Shown: positions 1 through 9,507 of the stretch, in pieces
How positions within the stretch are numbered: the stretch's first letter is position 1
How the letters are laid out: the number at the start of each line of letters is the position of its first letter
NCBI GenBank assembly: GCA_944324255.1
Contig: CALUVM010000009.1
Span: 211 to 64,210, forward strand
Length of the DNA: 64,000 nt
Origin: Candidatus Gastranaerophilales bacterium
GTDB lineage: Bacteria; Cyanobacteriota; Vampirovibrionia; Gastranaerophilales; Gastranaerophilaceae
Reading direction: 5' to 3'
The notes under the pieces: generated by a model
Told to the model about the DNA's origin: nothing
Database searches by the model: none
What the model saw: only the letters and a program-made list of their open reading frames with translations
Program-made: the position numbers and the translations under genes

Positions 1-147
1 CTTCTTTCCGTATAATTTATCGCACATATCCGTATACTATCTATATTCCACATTTTAGAATTTTAATAACGCTTTTGTGAAATATCGTTACAATTATTTA
101 CAAAAAAAACGAATAACATTCTATAAAAATTCTATTAAATCAATTTT

Positions 148-156
148 TGGTATAAT
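148..156 (+). promoter_or_regulatory. extended -10 promoter TGgTATAAT placed 6 nt before the mutL ATG (leaderless candidate)
   Basis: tggtataat at 148-156, then aaaaat, then ATG at 163. There is no purine-rich SD in between. Confidence 0.55.
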
Positions 157-162
157 AAAAAT

Positions 163-1941
163 ATGGGGAGAATAGTTCAACTTTCAAAAAATGTTATAAA
201 TCAGATTGCAGCGGGAGAAGTGATTGAACGTCCTTATTCCGTCGTAAAAGAGCTTGTCGAAAATTCTGTAGATGCAGGAGCTTCTAAAATAAGCATTGAA
301 GCATCCAACGAATGCAGAGATTTAAGAGTGGCTGATAACGGTTCCGGAATCCATCCGGATGATATTATGCTTGCATTTTCTAAGCATGCAACAAGCAAAA
401 TCCATACTAGTGAAGACCTTTTTGATATTCATACAATGGGTTTTAGAGGAGAAGCGCTTGCAAGTATTATTTCTATTTCAAAACTAACCTGCATAACAAG
501 AACTTCTGAATTCGATTACGGCACAAAAGTTGAATGCCAGAATTCCGAGGTTAAGCAAACCCAAACCGGCTGCGCTGTCGGAACAATTATGGATATTAAA
601 GACCTTTTTTACAACCTCCCTGCAAGACTCAAGTTCTTAAAATCTGCTAAAACTGAATTCTCTTATATAAACGAATTTGTGCAATCTATATCTCTTGCCC
701 ATCCGGAAATCTCTTTTGAACTTAAAAATAACGGGAAAACAATGCTCAAAACAACAGGGCAAGGGAATTTGCTCCAGACTGTTAAAGAAGTTTTCAAAGA
801 TGATACAGCTAAGCATTTTAATGAGGTTCTTAAAACAGACCAGCTTTCCGGTCTGAAGATAAGCGGATATGTAAGCACTCCTGATTATACAAGAGCCAGC
901 AAAAAAGATTACTATATGTATGTAAATTCAAGACTTGTAAAATGTTCCGTATTCCAAAAAGCTATTGATACAGTTTACAAAAACCTTACAGGGAATTCCA
1001 GATACCCGTTTATTATTCTTAATCTGGAGATTCCGCCTTCCGAAGTTGATGTCAATGTCCACCCGACAAAAAAAGAAGTTCGATACAAGAATCCAAACCA
1101 GATTTTTAATTTTATATATTCCGCTGTTGATATGGCGCTTAAATCCAGACCGGAGGCTCCCGCAAAATTCTTTACTACATCATCACCTCTAAAAACCCTG
1201 CAAGAAGAGGTAAAGGAGGAAAAACCATCTGTAGACGAACCGGATGATACTATCTGGGTAAACCTGAATGAACCTCAAATGTTTAATCCTCCCCAAGAAA
1301 AAGAACCTGCTCCGAAACCGGCTCTAAAGATTATTCAACCTGAAAAACCGGCACAAACAAAATTCATTGAAACTCCGGAATTTAAGCAAGAAGATATTAT
1401 TATAGGGCAGTATAAAAAAACTTATATCCTTATAGAAAAAGAAGACGGTCTGGAGATTGTTGACCAGCATATAGCAGAAGAACGCTATATTTATGAACAG
1501 TTAAAGAAAAACAAAAACATTGACTGCCAGATACTATTTATCTCTGATGTTATGGAAGTTTCGCCATCTGATAAGGAACTTTTATCAAACAATATGGACA
1601 AATTAAATCGATTTGGCTACGAAATAGATTTTGTATCAGAAAATGAAGTAATTTTCAGGAAAGTTCCGCAAATTCTTTCAAAAGTTCCGCCAAAAGAGAT
1701 TCTGTCTGATATTCTAGAAAATATGAACGGTGATATTAATAATATTGAAGAACAAATTCTTATTACAACCTCCTGTAAGGCGGCGGTTAAAGCAAATACT
1801 TATCTTAACCAGTACCAGATGGAAGAAATTATCAAAAACTGGCGCACATGCGAAAATCCGCATACATGTCCGCACGGAAGACCAATTTCCAAGTTCTTTG
1901 AGCATAAAGAAATTGCAAAATTCTTCCAGAGAAACAAATAA
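163..1941 (+). CDS. mutL: DNA mismatch repair endonuclease MutL
   Basis: N-terminal GHKL ATPase motifs (NQIAAGEVIERP, ELVENSVDAGA). C-terminal endonuclease motif DQHIAEERYIYE and CPHGRP. Confidence 0.95.
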   Translation: MGRIVQLSKNVINQIAAGEVIERPYSVVKELVENSVDAGASKISIEASNECRDLRVADNGSGIHPDDIMLAFSKHATSKIHTSEDLFDIHTMGFRGEALASIISISKLTCITRTSEFDYGTKVECQNSEVKQTQTGCAVGTIMDIKDLFYNLPARLKFLKSAKTEFSYINEFVQSISLAHPEISFELKNNGKTMLKTTGQGNLLQTVKEVFKDDTAKHFNEVLKTDQLSGLKISGYVSTPDYTRASKKDYYMYVNSRLVKCSVFQKAIDTVYKNLTGNSRYPFIILNLEIPPSEVDVNVHPTKKEVRYKNPNQIFNFIYSAVDMALKSRPEAPAKFFTTSSPLKTLQEEVKEEKPSVDEPDDTIWVNLNEPQMFNPPQEKEPAPKPALKIIQPEKPAQTKFIETPEFKQEDIIIGQYKKTYILIEKEDGLEIVDQHIAEERYIYEQLKKNKNIDCQILFISDVMEVSPSDKELLSNNMDKLNRFGYEIDFVSENEVIFRKVPQILSKVPPKEILSDILENMNGDINNIEEQILITTSCKAAVKANTYLNQYQMEEIIKNWRTCENPHTCPHGRPISKFFEHKEIAKFFQRNK

Positions 1942-1943
1942 AA

Positions 1944-3107
1944 TTATAATCTAGGCGGTCTTACAGCTTTTTTAGAAGCCGGGCTTTTACCTCGCTTTGA
2001 CACAATGACTCTATCGCCTTCTTTCAGGAGATTTGTCTTAATTTCCGTATAAGAATCATCACTCACGCCGGTTTGGATATTAATTCGTACAGGCTTAATG
2101 CCTTTTTTAATCCACAAACCTTGCTGTTTGTATTTTTGTCCGTCTGAATACGGAGTAAATTTAAGCGCAAGATTCGGAACGCAGAGTACGTCTTTGTTTT
2201 CAGCAGTAATTATTGATACATTTGCAGTCATACCCGGTTTGAGTTTTAAATCACTGTTATCAACAGTTACAATAACTGAATAGGTTACAACATTTGAAAC
2301 CGTGGTCGGGGAAATTCTTACCTGAGTAACTGTTCCGTAAAATTCGCTGTTCGGATACCCGTCAAGGACATAAATTACCTTCTGACCTTCTTTAACATCA
2401 CCGATATCAGCCTCTGATACATTTACCTCAATCTGCATTTTCTCTAAATCCTGAGCAATCGTAAACAATTCCGGAGCCTGAAAGCTGGCAGCAACCGGCT
2501 GTCCTAAGTCTATTTCACGTGAAATTATCATTCCGCTTACGGGAGCTGTTATCTTTGTATAATTCAGATTAACAACAGATTGATTATATTGAGCTTCTCT
2601 CTGTCTTATGCTTGCACCTGCCGCATTAACCTGAGCCAGTGCAGATTTGTAATCACTTTCTGCTTGATCAAGTTCACTTTTCGGCACAAAGTTTCTTGCA
2701 TAAAGATTCTTATAACGGTTATATGTTTTTGTTGCCATCTCTAAAGTTGCCTGACGGTTTGCTAAATCAGCTTTTGCAGACATCATTGAGGCATAGTTCT
2801 GATCAACGGTTGCCTGAAATGTTCTAGGGTCAATCTCTGCTAATAACTGTCCTTTTGTAACTTTAGAATTAAAATCAACATAAATTGCACTGATAAGACC
2901 GGAAACCGTAGAACCTACACTAACTGTATTCACAGGATTAATAGTACCTGATGCTTCCACCACCTGTGTAATAGTTCTTTTTTCAACAGGTGCTGTAATA
3001 TATCTCACTCTGTTCTTGAACTTTGTGAACGCTACCATTAGAACTATAAAGAGTATAAATCCAATAAGTATAATATATCTTTTCTTTTTTAAATCCTCAA
3101 TTTTCAT
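1944..3107 (-). CDS. HlyD/MacA-type periplasmic adaptor (membrane fusion protein) of an efflux system
   Basis: N-terminal TM anchor, coiled-coil hairpin region and beta-barrel region typical of MFPs. Abuts the TolC-like gene with a 0-nt gap. Confidence 0.85.
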   Translation of the reverse strand: MKIEDLKKKRYIILIGFILFIVLMVAFTKFKNRVRYITAPVEKRTITQVVEASGTINPVNTVSVGSTVSGLISAIYVDFNSKVTKGQLLAEIDPRTFQATVDQNYASMMSAKADLANRQATLEMATKTYNRYKNLYARNFVPKSELDQAESDYKSALAQVNAAGASIRQREAQYNQSVVNLNYTKITAPVSGMIISREIDLGQPVAASFQAPELFTIAQDLEKMQIEVNVSEADIGDVKEGQKVIYVLDGYPNSEFYGTVTQVRISPTTVSNVVTYSVIVTVDNSDLKLKPGMTANVSIITAENKDVLCVPNLALKFTPYSDGQKYKQQGLWIKKGIKPVRINIQTGVSDDSYTEIKTNLLKEGDRVIVSKRGKSPASKKAVRPPRL

Positions 3108-4646
3108 CTAAACATTTTCCTTTTTAGAGTTCTTTTTTAATTTCTTTACCGTTTTTTGGTCTTTTTTATCCTGTTTGAGTTCTTCTTTTTGATAATCCTT
3201 AACATCCTCAACAGTAAGTGTTTCTACCTGCGGAAGAGCAATTTCTCTTTCCAGTGTTGCTCTTGCAACATTATAATTATAAATAGCCTGTACATAAGAG
3301 CTCTGAGCATTATTATAATTCATTCTAGCGTCCTGAAGCTGTATATAATCGCCCAAGCCAACTTCGTATCTCCCGTCTGCAAGCTCAAGATTTTCTAATG
3401 TCTGCCGGACTTTTGTTTCCAGAAGCGGAATTTGTTTTTCAAGCTGAATCATATCCACATAAGCAGATTGTATGTCAAAATAAAGATTCTGATTCAATAA
3501 ATCCACCTGAGTCTTTGCAAGAAGAAGGTTAGAATTTGCAATATCTATCTGGTGTTTTACCTGTTTAATATTAAAATTAGAACTGAGGTTTAACCCGATA
3601 CTCATGCCGGAATCATAGTATCCTCTGTAGTTTGAATAGCCATAACCGACTCCTCCTGTTAATTCCGGAAGGTATTGTCTTTTAGTATAAAGAACATTTT
3701 GCCTCATTGCCTTAACGGTAGCATTTAAAGCTTTTAAATCAGGTCTGTTTTCTTTAGCAATTGTAACAGATTTTTCAAAAGTATAAGGATACTTTTGGAA
3801 CGAATAATTCTTTAAAACATCACTTTTTTCTACCGAGGTTGAATAAACAGCATCTGAAACATCCGGAGGAAGTTCAAGAAGTTTTGTATAGTTATCAATA
3901 TTTCTTAAACTCATAGGAACATAAGGGTTGTCCAGATTAAAAGTTTCAGTATTCTGAATGCTGTATTCAGGGGCATATGCCACATACATTGAGTTATTTA
4001 AATCGACAATTGCATTTTTATAAGTATTTTCAGCCTGTACTAGAGAGATTTTTGAATCGCTTAAATTAGCTTCAGCATTAACAACATCAATTCTGGATCT
4101 TATACCTTCATCATAGTATGCTTGAGTTCTTTGATAATTTCTTTCATTCATCTGAACATTAAGCCTTGCAACTTCCATTAAAGATTTTGCAGCAAGAACT
4201 CCGTAATATTTAAGTTTTACCTCGAAAATCGTACTCAAAACGCTTTCGTCAAAATCGAATTCTGCGGCTATTTTATTGAATTTTTCCATTCTTACATCAG
4301 CCATTGTTTTACCAAAATCCCATAACAGCTGAGAAAGAGAAGCATCAAACCCCGGTAATGTTCTTGTATCATATCCGGCGTGACGTCGTCTGCCAATGCG
4401 CTGATCATATGATACACCTACGCCAATTGTCGGAAAGTAAGCAGATTTTGCAATTCCTACACTGCTGCTTGCAATATTCATATTAAGAATATATTGTTTT
4501 ACGACAGGGCTGTTATTAAGCGCAATTTTAATACAGTCATTAAGTCCTAATGACGCATTTTCTTCTATTTTTATATCTTGTATAGCATCCGCTTTTATAA
4601 CCGTTAAGAACAAGAATAAAAGCAGTAAAATTTTAATTCTTTTCAT
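3108..4646 (-). CDS. TolC-family outer membrane efflux protein
   Basis: Signal peptide, two repeated helical/beta halves with TolC-like sequence character. Operonic with the adaptor. Confidence 0.8.
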   Translation of the reverse strand: MKRIKILLLLFLFLTVIKADAIQDIKIEENASLGLNDCIKIALNNSPVVKQYILNMNIASSSVGIAKSAYFPTIGVGVSYDQRIGRRRHAGYDTRTLPGFDASLSQLLWDFGKTMADVRMEKFNKIAAEFDFDESVLSTIFEVKLKYYGVLAAKSLMEVARLNVQMNERNYQRTQAYYDEGIRSRIDVVNAEANLSDSKISLVQAENTYKNAIVDLNNSMYVAYAPEYSIQNTETFNLDNPYVPMSLRNIDNYTKLLELPPDVSDAVYSTSVEKSDVLKNYSFQKYPYTFEKSVTIAKENRPDLKALNATVKAMRQNVLYTKRQYLPELTGGVGYGYSNYRGYYDSGMSIGLNLSSNFNIKQVKHQIDIANSNLLLAKTQVDLLNQNLYFDIQSAYVDMIQLEKQIPLLETKVRQTLENLELADGRYEVGLGDYIQLQDARMNYNNAQSSYVQAIYNYNVARATLEREIALPQVETLTVEDVKDYQKEELKQDKKDQKTVKKLKKNSKKENV

Positions 4647-4722
4647 CTATATATAGAATCCGCTTACCTATAATTTTAAACGACTGTAATAAAAATAGGT
4701 TCATTTCTTTGTATGAAATATC

Positions 4723-5505
4723 TTAAGACGGACGTGGAGAAATTCCCCAGTGCAATTTATTTCTTAAAACTGTATAAAAACCTTCTTTTTGAATAAATGC
4801 AAGTTTAGCTTTTTTATCAGAAGCTTTAATACAAATATCCTGAACCTGCACGGCTTCTAATCCGTCCGGAGATACAGACAGAAATCCATCCGGAGTTTTA
4901 ACGGATATAACTTCAGTTGCAGGTACAACAAGAGGTCTGGCATTTAGAGTATGCGGACATATAGGAACAATGGTTATTGCATCAAGAGTCGGATAAATTA
5001 CCGGACCGCCTGCTGAAAGTCCGTAAGCAGTTGACCCTGTCGGCGTTGAAATAATTAGCCCGTCTGCTATATAGTCGCAAACACATTTACCGTTGATTTC
5101 AAGAAAGAACTTAGATGTTCTTGCAGGATTGCAGCCCTTTATTACAAAATCATTAAGAGCCAGCTCCTCTCCTGCTTGAAGCATCAACCTCTCTTCCTGA
5201 ACATATTTACCCTCTATAACATTCCTAACAAGCTCCTCTGTCCCCTCTGAACTGGATTGTGACAGAAAACCCAATCTTCCGATATTTATACCAAACACAG
5301 GAACCGAGCTTGCGGAATAGAATCTCGCAGAGTTTAAAAGAGTACCATCACCGCCTATTGCGATAGTAAAATCCCCGAAATTCTTCATCTCAAGTAGTTC
5401 AAAAGACTCAAACTCAACTCCGTTTTTAGAAAGTGTTCTCTCCACATCGGACAAAACCTTTTCAAACCCCTTGATATCATTATTAAAAACAACGTTTATT
5501 TTCAT
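4723..5505 (-). CDS. nadK: NAD kinase
   Basis: GGDGTLL motif and the C-terminal region STPTGSTAYGLSAGGP typical of PpnK/NadK. Confidence 0.9.
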   Translation of the reverse strand: MKINVVFNNDIKGFEKVLSDVERTLSKNGVEFESFELLEMKNFGDFTIAIGGDGTLLNSARFYSASSVPVFGINIGRLGFLSQSSSEGTEELVRNVIEGKYVQEERLMLQAGEELALNDFVIKGCNPARTSKFFLEINGKCVCDYIADGLIISTPTGSTAYGLSAGGPVIYPTLDAITIVPICPHTLNARPLVVPATEVISVKTPDGFLSVSPDGLEAVQVQDICIKASDKKAKLAFIQKEGFYTVLRNKLHWGISPRPS

Positions 5506-5511
5506 ACAAGA

Positions 5512-5520
5512 ATTATATCA
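5512..5520 (-). promoter_or_regulatory. extended -10 promoter TGaTATAAT placed 6 nt before the nadK ATG (leaderless candidate)
   Basis: The minus strand reads aTGaTATAATtcttgtATG. The hexamer is 5512-5517 and the ATG is 5503-5505. Confidence 0.55.
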
Positions 5521-5550
5521 TACAAAACGATTTTACAAAAACTTTATGAA

Positions 5551-5559
5551 TGGTATAAT
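5551..5559 (+). promoter_or_regulatory. extended -10 promoter TGgTATAAT for the bifunctional-nuclease gene (with a leader)
   Basis: tggtataat at 5551-5559. SD aagagg lies about 10 nt before the ATG at 5598. Confidence 0.5.
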
Positions 5560-5597
5560 ATAGGGGACTTAATCAGTTTATATAAGAGGCAGAATTT

Positions 5598-6107
5598 ATG
5601 ATAGAAATGAAAGTAATGGGTATAGCTCTTGATGTCAGAACAAATTCACCCATCGTTGTACTCCATGATTTAGATAACAGAAAAGCCCTTCCAATCTGGA
5701 TAGGCTCTGCAGAAGCAAGTGCAATAATAAGATGTATTGAAGGACTTGTTGTAGCACGTCCTATGACACACGATTTAATAACAAATATTATTGAAAAAAC
5801 CGGTTACACGCTTGAAAAAATTGAGATTAACGATGTTGAAAAAGATACATATTATGCAACGCTTTATCTCGTTAAAGACGGCGAAACTCTTGAAATAGAT
5901 GCCCGTCCTTCCGATGCTATTGCAATAGCAATGAGAGCCGAAGCTCCGATTTATGTAACTGCTAATGTACTTATGAACGGCTCCGTTTCAACAGACTCTG
6001 CTAAAGATGAAGAAGAAGCGCAGGAATTTAAAGACTTTATCCAGAATATTAAACCATCCGATTTTGAAAAAATGATGAAAGGTAAACACGAAGAATCCGA
6101 CCAGTAA
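5598..6107 (+). CDS. bifunctional nuclease family protein (BFN/DUF151)
   Basis: PIVVLHD...LPIWIGSAEASAI and ARPSDAIAIAMR motifs typical of the family. Confidence 0.75.
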   Translation: MIEMKVMGIALDVRTNSPIVVLHDLDNRKALPIWIGSAEASAIIRCIEGLVVARPMTHDLITNIIEKTGYTLEKIEINDVEKDTYYATLYLVKDGETLEIDARPSDAIAIAMRAEAPIYVTANVLMNGSVSTDSAKDEEEAQEFKDFIQNIKPSDFEKMMKGKHEESDQ

Positions 6108-6189
6108 AGGCAAACGGAAGAACAGCAAATTAAGCATACCTGACAGGGAAAAAACACTGTATAAAAATAAATATAAGAAAGAGAAAAAT

Positions 6190-7359
6190 ATGAGAATTAA
6201 CAGCAATTACGAAAATCTTGAACAAAGCTACCTTTTTTCAACTATAGCCAAAAAAGTTAATGACTATATCTCAAATAATCCTGATAAAAAAGTTATAAGA
6301 CTTGGAATAGGAGATGTTACAAGACCTCTTTGTAAAGCTGTTATTACAGCACTGCATAAAGCAGTGGACGAAATGGGTGTTCAGGAAACTTTCCGGGGCT
6401 ACGGACCTGAACAGGGCTATGATTTCTTAAGAGAAGCAGTAAAAAAATATTACTCAAAAAGAAATGTAGAATTGGAGCTTGATGAAATATTTATCTCTGA
6501 CGGGGCAAAAAGTGATGTCGGAAATATTCTGGATTTATTCGACACCTCAAACAGAGTTCTTGTACCGGATCCTGTCTATCCCGTTTATGTAGACACAAAT
6601 GTTATGGCAGGTAGAGAGGTTATTTTTGCAGATGCTAACGGAGATAACGGATTTTTACCTATGCCGGACAAAAAGGTAAAAGCAGATATTATTTATATTT
6701 GCTCGCCTAATAACCCGACCGGAGCAGTCTACGACAAAGAACAATTAAGAGAATGGGTTAAATACGCAAAAGAAAATGAAGCAGTTATTCTATTTGATGC
6801 CGCTTATGAATGTTTTGTTTCAGACGAAAACTTACCGAGAAGTATTTATGAAATAGAAGGAGCCAAAGAATGTGCAATAGAATTCTGCTCGCTCTCTAAA
6901 ACAGCAGGTTTTACAGGTACAAGATGCGGATATACAATTGTACCTCGAGCACTGGGAATCTTAAATAAAATGTGGTTAAGACGACAAACAACGAAATTTA
7001 ACGGAGTTCCTTATATTGTCCAAAAAGGGGCAGAAGCTGTATTTACCGAAGAAGGACAAAAAGAAATTAAAGAGAATATAAATTACTATAAAGAAAACGC
7101 CAGAATTATATCTGAAACACTTACAAAATGCGGAATCTGGCATGTAGGAGGAAAACATTCCCCTTATATCTGGCTTAAATGCCCGAACAATATGAATTCC
7201 TGGGAATTCTTCGACTATCTTTTGAAAGAAGCCCAGATTGTCGGCACACCGGGGGCAGGCTTCGGTAAGAACGGAGAATGCTATTTCAGGCTTACATCAT
7301 TCGGCTCTAAAGAAAATACAAAAGAAGCTATGGAACGGTTTGAAAAATTATTCGGATAA
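6190..7359 (+). CDS. dapL: LL-diaminopimelate aminotransferase (DapL type)
   Basis: N-terminus INSNYENLEQSYLFSTIAKKV and PLP-lysine region SLSKTAGFTGTRCGY match the DapL pattern. Size is 389 aa. Confidence 0.85.
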   Translation: MRINSNYENLEQSYLFSTIAKKVNDYISNNPDKKVIRLGIGDVTRPLCKAVITALHKAVDEMGVQETFRGYGPEQGYDFLREAVKKYYSKRNVELELDEIFISDGAKSDVGNILDLFDTSNRVLVPDPVYPVYVDTNVMAGREVIFADANGDNGFLPMPDKKVKADIIYICSPNNPTGAVYDKEQLREWVKYAKENEAVILFDAAYECFVSDENLPRSIYEIEGAKECAIEFCSLSKTAGFTGTRCGYTIVPRALGILNKMWLRRQTTKFNGVPYIVQKGAEAVFTEEGQKEIKENINYYKENARIISETLTKCGIWHVGGKHSPYIWLKCPNNMNSWEFFDYLLKEAQIVGTPGAGFGKNGECYFRLTSFGSKENTKEAMERFEKLFG

Positions 7360-7361
7360 AA

Positions 7362-7390
7362 AATAGGGGCTTATATAGCCCCTATTTTTT
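7362..7390. terminator. bidirectional intrinsic terminator between convergent dapL and the MCE gene
   Basis: 9-bp stem aataggggc/gcccctatt with a 7-nt loop, a T-run on the plus side and an A-run (T-run on the minus strand) before it. Confidence 0.8.
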
Positions 7391-7412
7391 GCTTTGAAGT
7401 ATTAAATCTAAA

Positions 7413-8765
7413 CTAGAACATCAGTCTGAATAATAGGAATCTCTTATTAAGTTTTTCAGAGAATTTCTTGAGGTTAGCAATTGTATCTGATGTATCCTCT
7501 ACTATCTGTTTAAGGTTTTCTTCATTATCTTCACCATTAATGGTTTCAAGAGCCGTATTAACCTGACACATAGTAGCATTAAAGTTGTCGACAGAATCAA
7601 CAAATTTCTTTTTAAGTTTTTCATCCTTGCTCATTCTGTTAACGGTTGTAGAAAGCTCGTTAAGATTTTTCATAATACTGTTCAAATCTTCGGCAAACTC
7701 TTCTGCATTAATAGAACCTATAATAGGAGCTAGCTGCTTGGACATATTTGAAATTGCTTCTGCTGTTTCATACATAGTCGGTTTGAATTTTTCATCAGTA
7801 ATTATACCGTTAATGTTAACTGCAAGTTTATTGAAGTTGCTGGAAACATCTGTCATCATCCAAACAAGAGCATCCAGATCATTCTTTGAAGAATCTATAA
7901 GTTTTTCAGCTTTTTCTAATGTAGTTGTTGCTTGAGCTGTTAAATTTTTGAAATTAGTTACAGACTGAGTAATTTCTGCAATCATCTGATCATTCAACAA
8001 CTCATTAACAATTTTATTGGTTTCTGTCAGAGATTCTGCCGCTTCATATTGAAGTTCCATAAAGTCAGCAATCCTCATAGGCTCAATAATTGTATAAGGA
8101 GATGTTTGATTCGGGTATGGAAGCGGAGTATTGTCAAGAGGTCTTATTCTTAATTTCTTCACCCCGTCTTTTGTTATAATTTCACCGGACATAAACTTAG
8201 GTAAAATCAAGCCCGGAAGATTAACAACATAATCAACCTTGTATGCATAATTTGTATTTATAAGCTCTTTAACTGAATCCGGAGTCAGCTTGGCAGACAT
8301 TATTTGAGATTTTTTTACTTTGCCGACATCATAATATTTTTCGTCAAGCATAATCTCAACATCAGCATCTTTTGAAAGGATATTATTACCCGTAACAGGA
8401 ATATACACCGAACGTATTCTCGGAGGCGTAATTTCGAGGAACTGTTCTCCGATTAAACCCGATTGCTGAATAGAAAGCATTGAGGCTTTCGGAATAGTTA
8501 TCCCCGGTTCTGTTATAACGAATTTCATTTTTACATAGCTGGACTCATTTTCTACTACAGGAGTAATTTCTTCTACCTGTCCGACTCTCAACCCCATCAT
8601 CTGTACACCTGAGCCGGGACGCATACCGTTAACATCTTTAAAATGGACTTCTATTCTTTCAGCAGAAGAAAAAGAACGCCCTTTTATCCACAATACCGTG
8701 AATAAAAAGATTGCTAATGCTACAAGAGTTAAAACCCCGACTTTAAAAGATGATGAAAGTTTCAT
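7413..8765 (-). CDS. MCE-family (MlaD-like) substrate-binding protein with a long helical C-terminal extension
   Basis: N-terminal TM followed by an MCE domain (GMRPGSGVQMMGLRVGQV). Last gene of an mlaE/mlaF-like operon. Confidence 0.8.
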   Translation of the reverse strand: MKLSSSFKVGVLTLVALAIFLFTVLWIKGRSFSSAERIEVHFKDVNGMRPGSGVQMMGLRVGQVEEITPVVENESSYVKMKFVITEPGITIPKASMLSIQQSGLIGEQFLEITPPRIRSVYIPVTGNNILSKDADVEIMLDEKYYDVGKVKKSQIMSAKLTPDSVKELINTNYAYKVDYVVNLPGLILPKFMSGEIITKDGVKKLRIRPLDNTPLPYPNQTSPYTIIEPMRIADFMELQYEAAESLTETNKIVNELLNDQMIAEITQSVTNFKNLTAQATTTLEKAEKLIDSSKNDLDALVWMMTDVSSNFNKLAVNINGIITDEKFKPTMYETAEAISNMSKQLAPIIGSINAEEFAEDLNSIMKNLNELSTTVNRMSKDEKLKKKFVDSVDNFNATMCQVNTALETINGEDNEENLKQIVEDTSDTIANLKKFSEKLNKRFLLFRLMF

Positions 8766-8779
8766 ATATTATAACCTCA

Positions 8780-9496
8780 TTAATTCATTTTCATTGGTCC
8801 GTCCAGCGAAGCATTCACAAATTGTTTTGTATACTCTGTTTTTTCTTCACAAAGCTCATCCGGCGTACCTTCAAAAACTGCTTTTCCATTATACAACATT
8901 AATACCGAATCTGACGTCCTCCTTATTGTGGACATTTGGTGCGTAACCACAATTGATGCGGCATTTGTTTCATGTTTAAGTCTTACGATATAATCCTCAA
9001 TAAGCGTGGATGATATAGGATCCAAACCTGCTGTCGGCTCATCATAAAGAATGATTTTAGGTTCAGTAACTATCGCACGGGCAAAACTTACACGTTTTTG
9101 CATACCGCCGGAAAGCTCTGAGGGATATTTATCTTCTATACCGGATAACCCCACAAGTTCCAATTTTTCTGCAACGATTCTTTCCAGATCTTTCCTTGTA
9201 TATTTTTTTCTTAAATCTTTTCTCTCTTGAAGAGCAAAAGAAATATTGTCAAAAACATTCAAAGAATCAAACAGAGCAGAGTACTGAAAAACCATTGCAA
9301 TATCTCCGCCTGTTGTATTGATTTCTCCGGAATCTTTCTCCAATAGTCCGCTTATAAGTTTCAACACCGTACTTTTACCGGAGCCGCTAAAACCTATTAT
9401 TGAAAGGATTTTCCCGTCATCTACTTTAAATGACAGATTATCAATAATAGTTTTTTTATCAAATGTTTTTACAAGATTTTTTACTTCTATACTCAT
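8780..9496 (-). CDS. ABC transporter ATP-binding protein (MlaF-like)
   Basis: Walker A GFSGSGKST, signature LSGGMQKRVSFARA, Walker B ILYDEPTAGLD. Confidence 0.85.
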   Translation of the reverse strand: MSIEVKNLVKTFDKKTIIDNLSFKVDDGKILSIIGFSGSGKSTVLKLISGLLEKDSGEINTTGGDIAMVFQYSALFDSLNVFDNISFALQERKDLRKKYTRKDLERIVAEKLELVGLSGIEDKYPSELSGGMQKRVSFARAIVTEPKIILYDEPTAGLDPISSTLIEDYIVRLKHETNAASIVVTHQMSTIRRTSDSVLMLYNGKAVFEGTPDELCEEKTEYTKQFVNASLDGPMKMN

Positions 9497-9507
9497 TTAT
9501 CTATCCT

